From Lingula anatina (lineage: Eukaryota > Animalia > Brachiopoda), in NCBI GenBank assembly GCA_051362555.1, contig CM120647.1, positions 7,812,001 to 7,876,000 on the forward strand: a DNA stretch of 64,000 nucleotides, read 5' to 3'. Within the stretch, counting starts at the first letter, position 1. Every line of letters starts with the position of its first letter. The position numbers were made by a program, and so were the translations under genes. Under the pieces are notes generated by a model that saw nothing but the letters and a program-made list of their open reading frames with translations, had not been told where the DNA came from and made no database searches. Positions 1 to 14,685 of this stretch are shown in pieces.

Positions 1-1170
1 GTTGTCATACTCCTCGGGAAAATACAACCCAAGCTGCGGCATACATGTTCACGTGCCACGCGGTTTGAAGATGACATATAAGTATTCTAGCTATCTTACA
101 GCTTTATTTCTTGAAATACAGAAAACTCAGGTACACTTTGCGTTAGAGTTGCAGCGTCCCCGAAAATCTCTCAAAATGTGTATCAAAGTGTCCCTGCAAT
201 GTCCCTCTGATCACTGATCTTATATATAACTACATATATACTGTAAAGAGACCCTTTCTTTCCAAAACAAAGTGATTATTAATTTTACATAAATCTTATT
301 TTACCACCTAAATTCATTACTATTATAAAATAGAAGTGAGGGTCAACACGTAAACAAATTTGATGTAAACCACTGAATATTACGTAGAGACTTTTATTGG
401 AAAAACTAAGTACCTGGCTAAATGATAACTTTATAAACCCTAAACCTCTGTAATTAGTTATAAAGATTTAAAATAATAACTGTATAAACTGATCGTAAAA
501 AAAAAACTATGTCACTGGGACACAGTGCGTATGAAATATCTGATTAAACTAACAGTGATGACAAGTGATACGTAATGCTGAATGACACAGTGATTTAATA
601 GAGGCTACTTTATGTCATACCTAGGGGAGAAGTCATTAACTGGCAATCTTTGATGTCTTTAGAGTTGACTATGTACTTTTACACTGAGACTGAGAAGTGG
701 GGTGATAATTATATTTTGCTTACAACTATGTTTTTGATTATATCAATGCGTAATAAATTCTAATAATAACTAAAACTGGTTTTTCTCAGCATATACGTTT
801 TGAACTCTGCATATTTCAGTCGAACATGTATAATGTTTACCGGTGTTGAATCTCTATTATGATAAAGACATATTTATTCTTTTATTTCTTTAAGCTCTTT
901 AAAGTGATCAAATTATCTCCTCCTAGGGCGGGTTGTGACTTCAGTGCGAACGTATTATACGTCTGTATAATATTATTTGCAAAACACGATGGCCAAATTT
1001 GCCCATTGCAGTAGCTGAGACTATAGGCAGTCTAGCGCACCTTTTCATTTCGCGGAGCACTTATAGCGCATTTGTGTAACATATTGCACGGGAGTGATTT
1101 TTATTTCATAAATTGATAATGTCATCAAATTTCCTTAGTATTTCCCCGTAGACCCGTTCCCCTTATTGCA

Positions 1171-1245
1171 GGTCACCGGAATCTTTCATCTTAATAGAAG
1201 AAGCAGAGTACTGCTGCAAGACAGGAGATGATTTTTCCGGTGACC
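1171..1245. repeat. ~75-nt imperfect inverted repeat (stem-loop)
   Basis: GGTCACCGGAATCTTTCATCT pairs with AGATGATTTTTCCGGTGACC; the loop has a small internal stem AGCAG/CTGCT. Confidence 0.6.
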
Positions 1246-1612
1246 GTTGACCCACAGGCTGGAGGTACCCTGCTCATGTTCAACGGCAGACACTGCTCGA
1301 AGAAGAAAAAAAAAGGTGCAATCTACTTACGTCAAACCATTGCCTCAGAACCCGACCAACTGCCACCGTAATGTTTTAAATGGGGTAACGTTATGAAATA
1401 TCACATAAATAATTATATTATTTCCTGGAAAATAATATTTCCACAGATATTTTCTCCCAATTTCCTTGCTTTGCACATAAGAACAGGGAAAATAAGTAGG
1501 CCAAATTTATGACTTTTTACTGGTGCCCAAGTGTTATTTTCATTTATCATTTATTTTTTTATTTTTTTATTTATTTTTTTTTTGGGGGGGGGTGCTGGTA
1601 GATTTTTTTCAG

Positions 1613-1613
<1 letters not shown>

Positions 1614-1651
<38 letters not shown>
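1614..1651. repeat. (GT)n microsatellite
   Basis: seen directly. Confidence 0.95.
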
Positions 1652-1654
<3 letters not shown>

Positions 1655-1949
1655 GCAACCGGCACTTATAAGTTGCATTGTATCCTCTTCCAAGATCACA
1701 GATTGATTTTTCACTAGATATTCGCAGATATGCCACTAGCTTTTTGGCACGTTTTTTGCATTGCACGCGTCACAATAAAAAAAAAGCACATAATTAATCT
1801 GCGGCACTGGTATATGATAAAATTTAAGTGGGTTACAGATCATACACAGCTATGTATCTTTGATATAAGAAACACAAACAGAGGCAGTAATTCGACTACC
1901 TCTCATTCCGACATTGTGTGTATCAAAATCATAACCGTGGTTCTATACT

Positions 1950-2045
1950 TCTACTATTACTACTACTATTACTACTATTACTACAACTACTACTACTAAT
2001 AATAATAATAAAAATAATAATAATAATAATGATGATGATGATGAG
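1950..2045. repeat. compound (TAC)n/(TAA)n/(GAT)n microsatellite
   Basis: seen directly; source of the poly-Y and poly-I ORFs. Confidence 0.9.
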
Positions 2046-2595
2046 GATGTTACATATTACAATAATACTGATAACTCGACTTCTTTTGTAAAAGAAAAGA
2101 AAAAATGTCAGCGGAGCCCATCGAAACATTTAAGCCGTTTTCTGTAAATCACTGAAAGTGGTATAATTTACACACACTAACTGTTTTAAATAAATACCAA
2201 ACAAATTAATTAATATATTCATTTACTTATTTATTTATTTATGCATTCATTCATTCATTTATTTTCTCGATTCCTGCATCAATGTCACCCAATTCTATGT
2301 ACTATGTGTAACAGGTACAGATGTTTAAATTGTAGCCGGATTCTATAAATAAACCACGGAATAAAATGCGCAACAACTCAAAACAAGCCAACACCGCCCA
2401 CCGCCGCCTCGCTGTCCTATAAGCTAAAACACTTAAGTCGTCAAAAATTGCAACTAAAATCAATATTTCAGGTTTATTGATATAAATAACAATGGAAGGA
2501 ATAACACGCAACGGACAGCGCTAGCTCGTAGCATGGCACGCATAATGCTACGACTGATAATCGACCAGCAACTGCGACCTTTAAATAGCACGCGC

Positions 2596-2618
2596 GGGTC
2601 AAGTTCGGGTCATGACCT
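2596..2618 (+). promoter_or_regulatory. nuclear-receptor response element candidate (DR5 overlapping IR0)
   Basis: GGGTCA-agttc-GGGTCA-TGACCT, just downstream of TTTAAATA in a locally CpG-rich stretch. Confidence 0.35.
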
Positions 2619-2619
2619 A

Positions 2620-3683
2620 GATAAATAACACCGGTCACCGGGTTTCATTCTGCTATCGAGGGAGTGTGTGTGAGAGAGAGAGAGAAAGGGGGAGAGTGTG
2701 TGTGAGAGAGAGAAGAGTGGAAGTGTAGTTTTTTCTCTGGAGGAACTGACGCCCCGGACTGCCGATGCCGATGTATGGCAGTTTTGGTTATTAATTATGA
2801 GATTTGATGGAGAGAGAATTCATCAAGCTGTCATTGAGTTTTAATCGAAATGTTTGACTCTGAGACACAGCTCTCTAAAGCGAGAGGCGGAGTTGATTCA
2901 TTCCTATCATGCAATCTGCAAAATCATCTCGATAGAAGAAAAAAGGGTGATAGACGAGTTCTCATTTAGAACGATATACGTGTTAATTAACAATGGATTT
3001 ATTTACTCAGCTTAACGGATGGAGAAACAAGGTGAAAATCCGTCTACATTTCTCAAACTAATGAGAGCGTAGGCAGCGGTAGCGCCATGGAAAATATCAG
3101 TCGCGTCCATTAACGTTGCTCCAAGAAGACGGTGGGATTTTATCATTATGAAACATCGGGCGACCTTAAAGTGTTGCCACATCAACTGATACCGCTCCAC
3201 GTGCATCCCGACACCATGGCTGAAAGCATATAGGTTAAGTCACTATAGCTAGATGGCACTGGATCACTTAGGAGATGACCATATACCAGTAAGCGTTTCA
3301 AACACCGAGCCTGTTTAAGCGCGTGACAAATGTGTCTCTGAAACCAACATGGTCAATGTAAGTTCAAGCTTCGGTAAATGACCGAGAGCTAAAAAAAATA
3401 GAGAGATGTTTACGGCTGTTGAGGATCGTCGAAATCCGAAGCCCTCAGCCATACGCGGTGACCTCAAACTATGCAATGTGGTGTCACTTCCGGTATACTT
3501 ACTACGTCGGTGTTCGGGAGATATATGTGAAAACGTAGCCACCGTGTCCGCCTCACCCGAGACATCCCCGAATTCAATCCTGCTAGTAGACTCAAATATT
3601 CACTCGATGGCACCCCAGGAACCTTCGAAAGCCGTGAGATCATGCAAGGATCACGTTGTGACATATTCCAATATAAGACTGAG
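2620..3683 (+). other. candidate first exon of a spliced transcript (no long ORF)
   Basis: GC/CpG-richer block ending in a consensus donor GAG|GTGAGT at 3683/3684; 5' boundary uncertain. Confidence 0.3.
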
Positions 3684-6600
3684 GTGAGTTCTACTGAAAG
3701 GTACATGTGTATTTTTTTTTACATTTAACCATGAAAGGCCAAGCCTTACAGGCTGTATGTTGACCTGTACTTTAGTATAGGTGAATATACATGCAGAAGC
3801 CGGTCGTGGAAACTGCCGCTTTAAAATGTATATAGACCTATCTCTTTAACTGAACGCCCGTTTTTAAGCTAAAACACAAGGCCAAATGCTATAAATACGG
3901 TCAATCGATCACATCATTGAACACTCTCCAGATTTAAACAACGATTCTTGGAACAGTGCAAATAGGCACGTACTTAAGAAATTGATATTTATATTTTAAA
4001 AAAATAAGCCCAGGATTAAGGGAATACTATTGATACTTTAAAAATACCTTTGATCTATTTTTAAATGATTAAAATGTTTATCACACGAGTGTGCCAAATT
4101 GTTGAATTCAATTCTAGGATATACGTTGGCCATAAAAAAAGCATAATTCCATCGCTGTGCTGTGATGACTGTTATTGGGTCCTCAAATATGAAATGAAGA
4201 CCGTTATTTTTTTCTTTTCAATCATATTGTAAAATTGTCTATCCTTTAGATCTGCGACATACAGAGGACATTTCCTTAAAATTTAAGCGTTTTTGCCTTT
4301 TTTTTTTTTTCAATCATGGCCTCCAAACTAACCAAAGTACTGGAATCTTTAAATTGTGGAGGTGTGAGTCATTTGGGCTCGGTGTTTACATTTAATATTG
4401 GTTTTGTTGAAGCTGAGACCTATTGTAAGATTAATTACTTCCGTGTTTAAGTGCAGGACCGTTTCCTTTTTCTCTGTGAAATAAAGAACTGCGGTAGATC
4501 TGTTCACGCAAAAATTTTGAAATACAAAATATGTTTTATAGGCGAATGAAAAACCCACACTCAGTGTAAAGATATGCTCTTTCTCTATGCAAACCGAATA
4601 ATACATGATAATTTAAATATGTATACAAAATTTTGACATGATAGGTACGAAAACACAAAAAGAAAAAATAATAATTGATTAAGTAAAATCACACAAAATG
4701 TCAGATATTTACATAAAGTTGAGACAACATATATGAAGGAGCATCGTACACCAAGTCACATTATACATTAAATATTATACATTACAGAATTTTTATTTTC
4801 CTGGATTTAAAAGTTATACAGCGACATTTTGGAAAATACTGGCAGATCACATGTAGAAAAATTACGGGTGACTTTAACATTTGAAATACTGGGACTTTTT
4901 CACCATATAATCAATTTCTGATTAACCTGATAAAAGTGGAATATATTTGGATTCAGAGCATTCTTTAATTTTATTCTTTTTTTTTTTTTTCACAAGCTTA
5001 TTCAGACTATAACAATTTATGTCCGCAACTCCTTTTCAATAAGAAAACCAATAGCAAATAAATTCACAAGCAGAATAACTACGATTTTGTCCTTGGAATG
5101 CGGGTATTTTTGCACTGCGATATTAAACCAAAATAAAACTCAATTTTTTTCATTCCTCATTCCCAAATGTGAAATATAAAATCACATAAAGATTATTACA
5201 TATTCATGTATTCAACACAAAAAAATGATTTATTCCAACTAAACGTTTACCACAAGACCATCTCAAAAGTGCAAAAATCGACCAAATGTGTACTGTTTCT
5301 TTGTTCTTATTAAAGAGCTGCGTTTAATATAGAATCACTGATATGTGGCCTGACCGCTGTGTCCTTAAATGCTCCGGCGAACTTCGTATGACCCCGCAAC
5401 GAACGAGGTGTCTCAAAAGTTCGCACACAACGCAATTGGAGTCCGTTATCGATTTTTATTGTCTTTGACTGTCCGGCCGAGATTGATTTAAACCGTGAAA
5501 AGCGTTGTCACTGGGTAGACCCAGAGGTCAGCTGCGATAGTAAAGTATGCGTAGATGAATTGAACATGGTCAATGCGCGATGTCCGCTGTTTTCTGTAGA
5601 CGATCTCGCTGTTTCTGCAACGCGAGAATTTCAAAAGGCAGAAACTGAGATGTTTTTCTTCACCAGTACTCCCGGATCAAATTTGTCATTGAAGTAACTG
5701 TGTACCTTAAAGCGTTCCTTACAAGATAAATTGGTGTTAAGTGTTGTTTCACCTCGCACTGTTAATATCACAGAAAGCAAAGAAGTTACTCGCCGTGGTA
5801 CGGTTTGAATAAAAATAAATCTTAAATGACACTGCGCCCAATAAACTAAGACTTGAATTTTCCACTAGGTCGCCCTTTAATATGATATGAAAATATGTCA
5901 CGTTTATGCTTAATGTTTAACTGTCCAATATTTATACATAAGATATACGTTTCCGTCATATTGTTGAGGTCATATGTAAGATAAGTGTATACACTTTTCA
6001 TGTTTTACCCCCATTTAATAAAGTTTATTATTATCATTATCATTAATATTATAACAGACATTGTCTATGGGTTTCCTTTCGTGTCTTCCGCCGCTTAAAA
6101 ATAATCCCGTTACCTGCTTTAAAATTATTTTAACACCCCTTCTGAAAAAAGAAAAGCAGAGTTTTCCTTGATTTAAAAACAAATCTTTGAATTAAGCTTG
6201 ATAGACACTATCCGATGAAGCAGTGAAGTTTCTTTAATCCATATACCAATATAAAATTTATGAAAAGTAGAATATGAGTAACAAGATCAGAATATTGATT
6301 TGTATGCGATTTCTCATGCATATTTGAGTAAATTCTACTTACATGCCTTAGACAAAGCCTGTGAAAATATTACGAAAATTTTCTCTTCGCATGCAAACCC
6401 CAATGTGTGTCTACTAAAAAGTGAAATAAGATAGAGTTTGGTGGCGAAAAAGATTAAAAGCATCAATCTTTCGGGCAGGTATTTCATTTTTGGTGCGCAC
6501 GGAGAAACACGGAAAAACACGAAGCCTCCTATCACTTCATCATTCATTTCATAACACCTAAGGGAAATTTCTCTGACCTGCCCAAACATTAAACGGCCGT

Positions 6601-9600
6601 TAAATTGCCATCAAACGGTCATTATCAGTAAAGACCTCTGCTTCACCTGTTTTCATTGAATCTGTTTCTAAAGGTCAAATGTAGATATCAAATAAGTAAC
6701 AGTTATATATTTCGATTTTAATACTTGGAATTATTTCTAAAATATAGGCTAAGGAATATATAAGTGAGAATTGATAGTTTGATTGATGTGCTAATAAAAT
6801 AATTGTATAAGTTAATGGAAATGGGCAATCGCATGAAATAATGTATATAAACAAAAAAAGGTAAATATGATAAATGTATACATATATAGCGACAGACAGA
6901 TAAGTAAAATTAATGATTATCCAAAACGCTGTAATGGAACTGCAATACACGCGTGTATTGAACAAATGCACCGGCCTCTCGCTTGGCCAATTATTGAAAA
7001 AAAAATTGTTCTTCCCCACTTTCCAACGATTTATCATCAGAAACTGCCAAACAGTTAATTACTTTACAATATGACCGATGATACAAAAGTGAAGGCAGAG
7101 TCATCCGCAGAACCATCCATAAACGCTTAAAACAACAACAGAAGGACAAAAAGATTCATTGTCAAGCTTTATGTCCATACATTAAATTTGACACTGATTG
7201 CTCTGTGCACAACGTCTCATTAATGTTGTCATTGGCGATGACAAGCTGGGGTCAAATTAATCCTCAAATTATTCCATGTTGAGCATTATTCAGATATAAG
7301 CGTTTCTTCGAGATTTACTTTAAGGGATGACGGTTTTGAGGTTATATCAAAAGAACTAAAAGTTATCTCTGATGAACTCAGTAAACAAATTCGATAGAGG
7401 GCTCGTAGAAAATTGTGATTGGACGCAAATACATGAAAATGTATCAACGTTTCGTATGGCGAGGCGATCGAAAAATGTCATCATACTTGTATTTGTTAAT
7501 TTGTATGTCGACACAAAAACGTGCTTCCTTTCATAGAATTAGAAATTATTATGTTATTTACAAATGAAAGCAAAAAAAAAAATGTTTTCTGCGTATGTGT
7601 AGAGTATTTACGGTATTGCAGCAGCCATTACATGGTCAAGACTAATAGTGTCAGATAACGGTGGATAATGGAAATGTCTTTTTCATCCAATGAAGCAAAT
7701 GTTGGTTATCGCCTGTCATTATATAGAATAATTCATTATTGAAAAAAAAAACTATATATGCATAAATACCCGGTGTTGAGAGAGATAAAAATTAGGTCTT
7801 ATAAATTACGAGGTGGAAACAATAATCTTGTCTTTCAACCCATGAAAAACAAAAAGAAAAAGAAAAAAAAGAAAGAAAAAAAGGTGGAAAAGGGTAATTC
7901 TGCAATTGCTCAGAACTATTACGGCTCTGTTCCAGTTACCGAAAGGTCAAAAGGATGAGTAATCCACGTGACCTTGTAACACCTTCGCGGAAGAATAACG
8001 GTCGTCTGCGCTAACAATGCAACGACGCAGTTTATAATTTCATGCGAGTATTTTTTTAAGAATAAAGAACAAAATAATAAGTATGTCAGAAAACAAGAGT
8101 ATTTTATTGTAAGTTTACAGATTATTTATTTATTTCAATTATTTATTTATTTATTCATTAATTTGATTTATTTATTTACTGTTTGAATATTAGTTATTAG
8201 TTCATTTCTCTTACCCTCCCTGTACGGTTTTCAAAAAAAGCAACATTTATTTATTATTATATTTTAATTTCGTAGAAAAGATTATCAAAATCTAATTTCA
8301 TGGGAAATGTTTTTGACATTTATGATACGAAATGACCGTCATTACTTTATCCTAAATACCTTCACGCACTAAAACTCGAAGTTTTGATATTGAGGCTATT
8401 ATTATTTTATTAAAAGGAATTTAATATTTAACATATGAATTAATATTTAATGAACGAAACCGTCCAATTTTTTTTCAAAATATGTATGAAGTTCTTTGAC
8501 AGCTTTTAAAACTTTATTTAGAAAACAAGAAAAAAAAAACACGTTTAAGGCGGTTTAATTAAAAATATGAGAGCTTTTTTTTACATATTTACATTTGGAC
8601 ATCTAAGCAGTTATTGTATATTTGGGATCACGGTTTCTCTGTCAACTGTTTGATTTAATCATATCTAATTTCTTAAAATAGGCTTTAATTATAGCATGTT
8701 TACTTTTACTGTGTGTTTTGCAGTGACGGGTTTCATTTAGGGATCGCAAGCGGCTTTTCTTTCTTTCTCTATTTTTTCTCCGCTTTGCCGGGTACATCGA
8801 TTCAAATTTCGGTCGATTGTACCTCTGCTCTTGTTTATCAACATCGTAAACTCGGCTTTGACCTTTCCGTATCCCATTGGAATGTGATACGCCGCCCTCC
8901 CACCTGCTAATGGTTTGGCCAATCATGGGGCTCGTCTCATGTTGACGTTGCACCGAAATGCACCTTCCACACTGGTATCAAAACCGACCTTCCCGCCTAG
9001 CCTCTTCATCTGGCTATTTCATTTTTAAATATAGTCAGATTGTAGTTATATGTAATGACTAGAGAATCAGAGAGCACAAACGTCCGCCAAGCGATGGATA
9101 ATTACTTATAAGTTACCAGTAATCAATCGTTAATATATGGATCGCCACCAAGATTGATAAATTTTAACTTATCCATATCTGGTCTATCTTGAAAAGCCCT
9201 TCTATAACTTTTTGAATTAGGCTGTGAACTAACAAACCAACAAAGGCAAAAACACAACCTCCTAAATAGGTAATTACTCGCATTAGAGTATTCATGTTAG
9301 AAGTCTGATTTGATTTCACAAGAACATACTGTATGAAGATTTGACTTGATGTATCAGTCAGATATGGAAAATACAAATTTCATCTACATTAACTCAGAAG
9401 TAATTTACGAGATAAAATGGACGCTTGAAGAAGAGAGAATGGCTGTTAGATTTATTTATATAATGATTTATTGGCATAGTTATTTAGATACATACTTCTT
9501 AATATTTATTTTACATTTTGTAAGGGGTTTGTCTGTGCTTTACAGTTTTTTTTTTTTTTTTTTCTGTAGAATTTAAATGAAGTAATACAGTGAGTAAAAA

Positions 9601-9989
9601 AATAAATATAATATATTTACTTGGAAAGCACAAAATGAAAGGAACTTAATTAAAAAGAGTGGTACTGTATTTTAAAACAAGTCGGGATACTTTGGGTCAC
9701 ACAAAACGACGAAGCAACGTTGACATAGGGATTTTTGGTAAAAGTATAGGAAACGCCATCAAACTCCTTTAAAATGGCGACATTTTAGCCAATTAATCAC
9801 CGAATCTACTTTTAAGGTCACTATCACGCTAAGAGAAAGGAATGATACATGTAAATTATTTTGTGCGTGTCCAGATGTGAACCACATTTCCCTTGTTAAA
9901 TCATCTCTGTATGAAATATCAGAACATAAATGTACTTAACTCCCGGGGCGTGGTTCCACCAAATAACTTAAGACATAAATTGGTCTTAA

Positions 9990-10359
9990 AGGGATAATAA
10001 CTCTTCGTATGAGATCTATATTTCACAATAAAAACACTGTAAACAATTCATAGAAATATAATATATTTTGTTTTACCACAAAAACAGCAGTTATAGCTGT
10101 TATTCTGATATCTGAGCTTGTCAGGACGACGCGACCTCCATAGATGGCTATACCCTGTAATAATCTCTTAATAGATTTTTGTAATAATGAAGTATCAGAG
10201 AGTACAAGCGAGAGATTATTACAAAAAAGACTTTTAGGGAAAAAAGGGACTATAACCTTGAATGTAGAAATGGATTCATTTGCCATTGGTAAGTATGGGG
10301 AAATTGTTGATTACTCCAAGAAAATTCAATTTTGGCCAAAACGAACAGTTATTATCCCT
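9990..10359. mobile_element. MITE with TTAA target-site duplication (Kolobok/piggyBac-like non-autonomous element)
   Basis: TTAA|AGGGATAATAACT...AGTTATTATCCCT|TTAA; related sequence recurs at 36443-36732 and as fragments near 38560-38725, 47120-47514, 50750-50885 and 58610-58820. Confidence 0.75.
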
Positions 10360-13300
10360 TTAACTTTTAGACCTGAGCTCCGGTTTACTTCAGTTAGTGG
10401 TTAAGTGTTCCATACCCCCTACTAAAACAGAGTAATTGCTGTTCTGGAACACAGGCCTTTCCTTTCTAATCATTAAACTTGTCCAATTTCCATTCAGCAT
10501 GACGCCAATATTGCAATGTTTGACTATTGGATTTATTAATAAAGTGATAAATTTTTATACATTGATTAAATTGCATTTTATAACAAGGGTTTACCATGTC
10601 GATTTTGATGGCTGCGTTGTAAGCGAGTGGCATAAAATAGTGTTTCCGTTTCACATCTGGACACGCACAAAATAATTTACATGTATCATTTCCGTTTCCG
10701 AACTAGCTCAGAAAACATCCGTAAGTACTAGTGTTACATTTTTGTATCAAAGCAATATTTTGTACTTTAAAGCATAAAAATCCTCATTGGGTTGGTTGTC
10801 TTAAATGATTATATTGATGAAGTGAAGTAAGCCAGGGTTTGATTATATAAACTGAATCAAATCAACATAAACTAAGTTAAATCGATAACAGAACAGAACT
10901 TCACAAAAAAATGAAGCAAGCACAATAAAGGAAAAAAGTAAAAACAAACAATGAAATAACTTTCTGAAATATTCAACGAGGAAAGTCAAGCCTCACGTAG
11001 ATTATGGTAGGTCAAAAAATTCAAGTTGAACAGACAAGCATGTTTTAATCAATTTGAATCAAAACCGTATGTGTTGCCAAAACGTGCTGCACCCTGGATT
11101 GCGAGAGGATTTAATCTTAGTCTGCCTTTGCGTTGTTACCAATTTATTACTAATATATTTATCTATTTATTTGTTTTTAGAATTATTTTATTGACTCATT
11201 TTCATTCCTTTCTATCTCATATTCTGGCCTGTCATTTATTTATTCATTTAATTTTTACTTTTCTGGCAATGCAAGTTATAATAGTTCATTTGCAAAATAA
11301 ATAGATAGTTATTATTTCAATTAGGAATGCTTACTTATCATGGACCAGTCGATGATTAAGATTTAAATTTGAATTCAGTAGGTTACATATAAATTTCTAT
11401 GGAGTAGAATTTTAACTAGGCCAATAACCCTCCGATCAACAAACCTTAGTGCATAGTTTCAGAATTAAAAAAAAATTATTTCAAAATCTGATTTGCTAAC
11501 ATGTGTGACTCACGCTGATTGCGAACGCATGTGAAAAAAGTTGCAGATTCTGTGTCCCAATTAAGGACAACACCATCGCCTAATTTCCCGCCAGACGCTG
11601 CGTAAGAACCTCGAAAATGGACCCACGTGCGCATACACCCTACCTCTGTTTGCACAACCGCGTCACGCTTCTTTAGTTAACCTTAAATGACCGCATTTTT
11701 CTTGCAATAATTAAGTCGATAAAGTGTTGGACGCCGGTTATCAAGTGCAGTGTTCGGTCGTGCCACTGGCGCTTCTAAACTCGGCTTAGAACGGACCGTT
11801 GCCAACGATCAAAATGACACAGCATTGGGATCAGTGCTTCTAATTTTACTGATCCTGCAGGAGTCTATTGTAAAAAAAACCTACCTCACTTTATAAAACA
11901 ACAAGTTAAAATTTAATTGCTCAAAGGGGCTTGTTTTCAAATCACAATGTTTACAAGTGTGAGCCATCTGTGGCGATCTGTTGAAGCATTGTGTGAACTC
12001 TCTATGTGAACGCCCCGAGGCGCGGCAGTGAAGGTGTTTTATGCTTTAAGTTTCACATGTTTTTTGTTAGCCGAAGGGCAGTTATTTTCCACGCTGGCTA
12101 AAACCATTTCGCTTTTGTAGATTTAACACGCATTATTTTCATACTGATTACCTATAAATGATATATGTCTTACTCTCTCTGTAAGTAGGACACTTTAATA
12201 AGTAATATTTGTTTGAGTTACGCGTAGATTCGAAATGGGAAGTGTTCGTAAAGTTTCTGCAAATGCCCCCCCCCCCCCCCCCCCACATCCTCAAAAATAG
12301 TTTTAACCTTTTCTTAAGAGCTCTTTGGGGCAATCTCTTATTCCTGTTATAAGTTGACGAGTTGTACAATTGTATGGGGATGTGTTTTCTACTTTCATCT
12401 CATGGAATATAGTATGCTAGAAAAAGTCCATTGGAGATTCTATTTGGGCGGCAAATTTTAAAAAATCTATACAATCTTATAAATAATGATTGCAATAGAG
12501 TTGTCACGCAATCTATAAATGTCTGTAATATTTACAATTTAAAAAGAGCCACTTTATCTACTCTTTTCTTGATACGTTACTGGTAAGCGCGACAGAGATT
12601 TCCTTTTGAATATTGTTTTGGCGGGACTCGCTTGGTCTCCATCTTGAGGAGGAAAAATATGTCAGTGACGTTTTCCACTGTATGATGTAGGGCTCACCGT
12701 GTAAGACCCTTTTCTCATAGATACCATCGGCCTAATACTACCAAGTGAAGATCATCTAGAATTATTAGATAGTAACTTATATCAAAATGTCAGAAATGCT
12801 ATTGTAGAGTTTTGATACTTATACAACTCTTAGGAATTTCTATTTTTCTGTTTTGCTTTTGTTTTCGGTTTCGATTTAGCCTTACTAGGTTGTTCCACGA
12901 AAAAGTGAACATTTTAGTCAGGCCACTAATGCAGATATTTTGTGTACTGTTTCCATAACTGTATAACGTCACGTTTTAATTACTGTTGCTTTCTTTCTAT
13001 ATTGGTGGGTTCCATAATATAAAGCAGAGAAAATAAGGGCAAGTCATACTTCTGTAGTATTACACAAACGTACGTCCCTAACGTAACTCGGATGTTCACT
13101 TTTTTGTGGAATTACACAATTGACAATTAAACCTTTCATACGTTCATGTACGCAAATGCATTGACACCTCTAATGTGTTTGTTTACTATTCCGTTTTCGA
13201 AGAAACCGATGTTGATTTTTTTTTCTGCAGTGGGAGCGAAAACTCGTAAATAAAAGACAGATAACGCTTCTTGTTCACATTCTATGAAATAGAGTTAGAG

Positions 13301-13504
13301 TGTTACAAGACATTTCATCATTTTAACGACGAAACTGTTGGTGCGTTCAGTTTTTCCATCCGATTACTTTCCCCTTGAAAAAAAAAAAGAGCATTTTACA
13401 GATATAACAATAAAAGTAAAATAACCGTCTTCCTTTTGCTTTCACAGTGCACGTTCAAACAGTGAGGCAGCATACACACAAACTGAAATACCACTTCCAA
13501 TGTT

Positions 13505-13694
13505 GTGGATGAGTGAATTTAAGAATATATAGTTTTTACTGGTTTGTTTATTTAGACTAACGGAGCGAAGCTCTGTGTTTTGGATGCTTTTGAAACACCA
13601 TTTTCACCGACGTGGATGAGTGAATTTATGAATCTATAGTTTTTACTGGTTTGTTTATTTAGAGTAAGGGACCAAAGCACTGGGTCTTGGATGT
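13505..13694. repeat. direct duplication of an ~83-bp unit
   Basis: GTGGATGAGTGAATTTA..ATAGTTTTTACTGGTTTGTTTATTTAGA..TTGGATG present twice, ~107 bp apart. Confidence 0.85.
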
Positions 13695-13856
13695 GCCAGG
13701 TATGGGTTTTTCTGGGTCAGATAAGTAGAGGTCAAGCGCAGGTGAAATTAGGTGAAGTGCAATAACAGGTTCTAGTTTCGTGTTATACACACCCGAGTTA
13801 ACTCCGTCACGTTACGCTTATTCATGTCAACTTTCTTTCTTTCTTTCTTTGAACAG

Positions 13857-14314
13857 AACAAAGATGGCGGGTCGTTGTAAGGACACCGATCAAGTGTGAC
13901 AATGGTGCTTTTTGAATGACCGGCTGGGGACACGCCGTTACTCGAGGACAGACGAGGACAGGGACGCTAGGATGCCCACGAAGAGCTTGGAGACCGAGAG
14001 CGTGCCGAAGTCGCACCTTCGACTGTCGTTTGATTATCTCAAACATGTCGTTTGCCGAATGCACTGGACTTGGCGTCCCCGCCGGAAACTGTGTGGTGTA
14101 TTTGGATTGATCGGTTGTTCCATTCGCATCTGTCGTCTGCCACGTCCAAAATGGCGTCTGTTTTCGAAACAACTGAAGCCTTTCAATTTTTGAATGCTGC
14201 AGGGAGCATCTGGCGCAATTAGACGGACATTTTCCTGCACAAGTACGCAGGCCTGTCATGAAGCAGGAGACAGCAACAGAGACACCTGGAGATTTTTTTG
14301 GTTCACAAAATTAG
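13857..14314 (+). other. candidate internal exon
   Basis: long polypyrimidine tract with GAACAG| acceptor at 13856, GC-rich body, consensus donor TAG|GTAAGA at 14314/14315. Confidence 0.45.
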
Positions 14315-14475
14315 GTAAGAAATATAAACATAGCCCATTTTCACGGTTCACGATGCACCTGTTGTTATGTTTTTATTGCTTTAGGTAAATATGGCCTTAG
14401 AGGCTTGACATATTAAGCCTGTGAGTCGTACTTTGGCATAATGTAGTCTTATTTAATTTCTATGTAAAGCAACTT

Positions 14476-14476
<1 letters not shown>

Positions 14477-14538
<62 letters not shown>

Positions 14539-14597
14539 GCTGGTAGGCCTATACACGCTTATTCTAAATATTAGATCTATCACTAACACACACACGT

Positions 14598-14682
<85 letters not shown>
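14477..14682. repeat. compound GT/GA/CA/TA microsatellites
   Basis: seen directly. Confidence 0.95.

Positions 14683-14685
<3 letters not shown>

Noticed and set aside
1523-2129. ORFs with poly-CV, poly-TH, poly-Y and poly-I runs (similar ones at 14480, 23494, 26528, 27512, 35881, 58422, 60386)
   Set aside because: Artefacts of microsatellites and homopolymer runs
3406-3687. 93-aa ORF as a protein-coding first exon
   Set aside because: No recognisable domain, and splicing to the 13857 exon reaches a stop after about 13 codons
5310-5880. Possible TTAA-flanked Kolobok-like element
   Set aside because: The terminal inverted repeats match over only a few bases; not supportable
10720-10740. TAAGTACTAGTG resembling the miR-252 5' end
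   Set aside because: The 3' half does not match and no hairpin is evident
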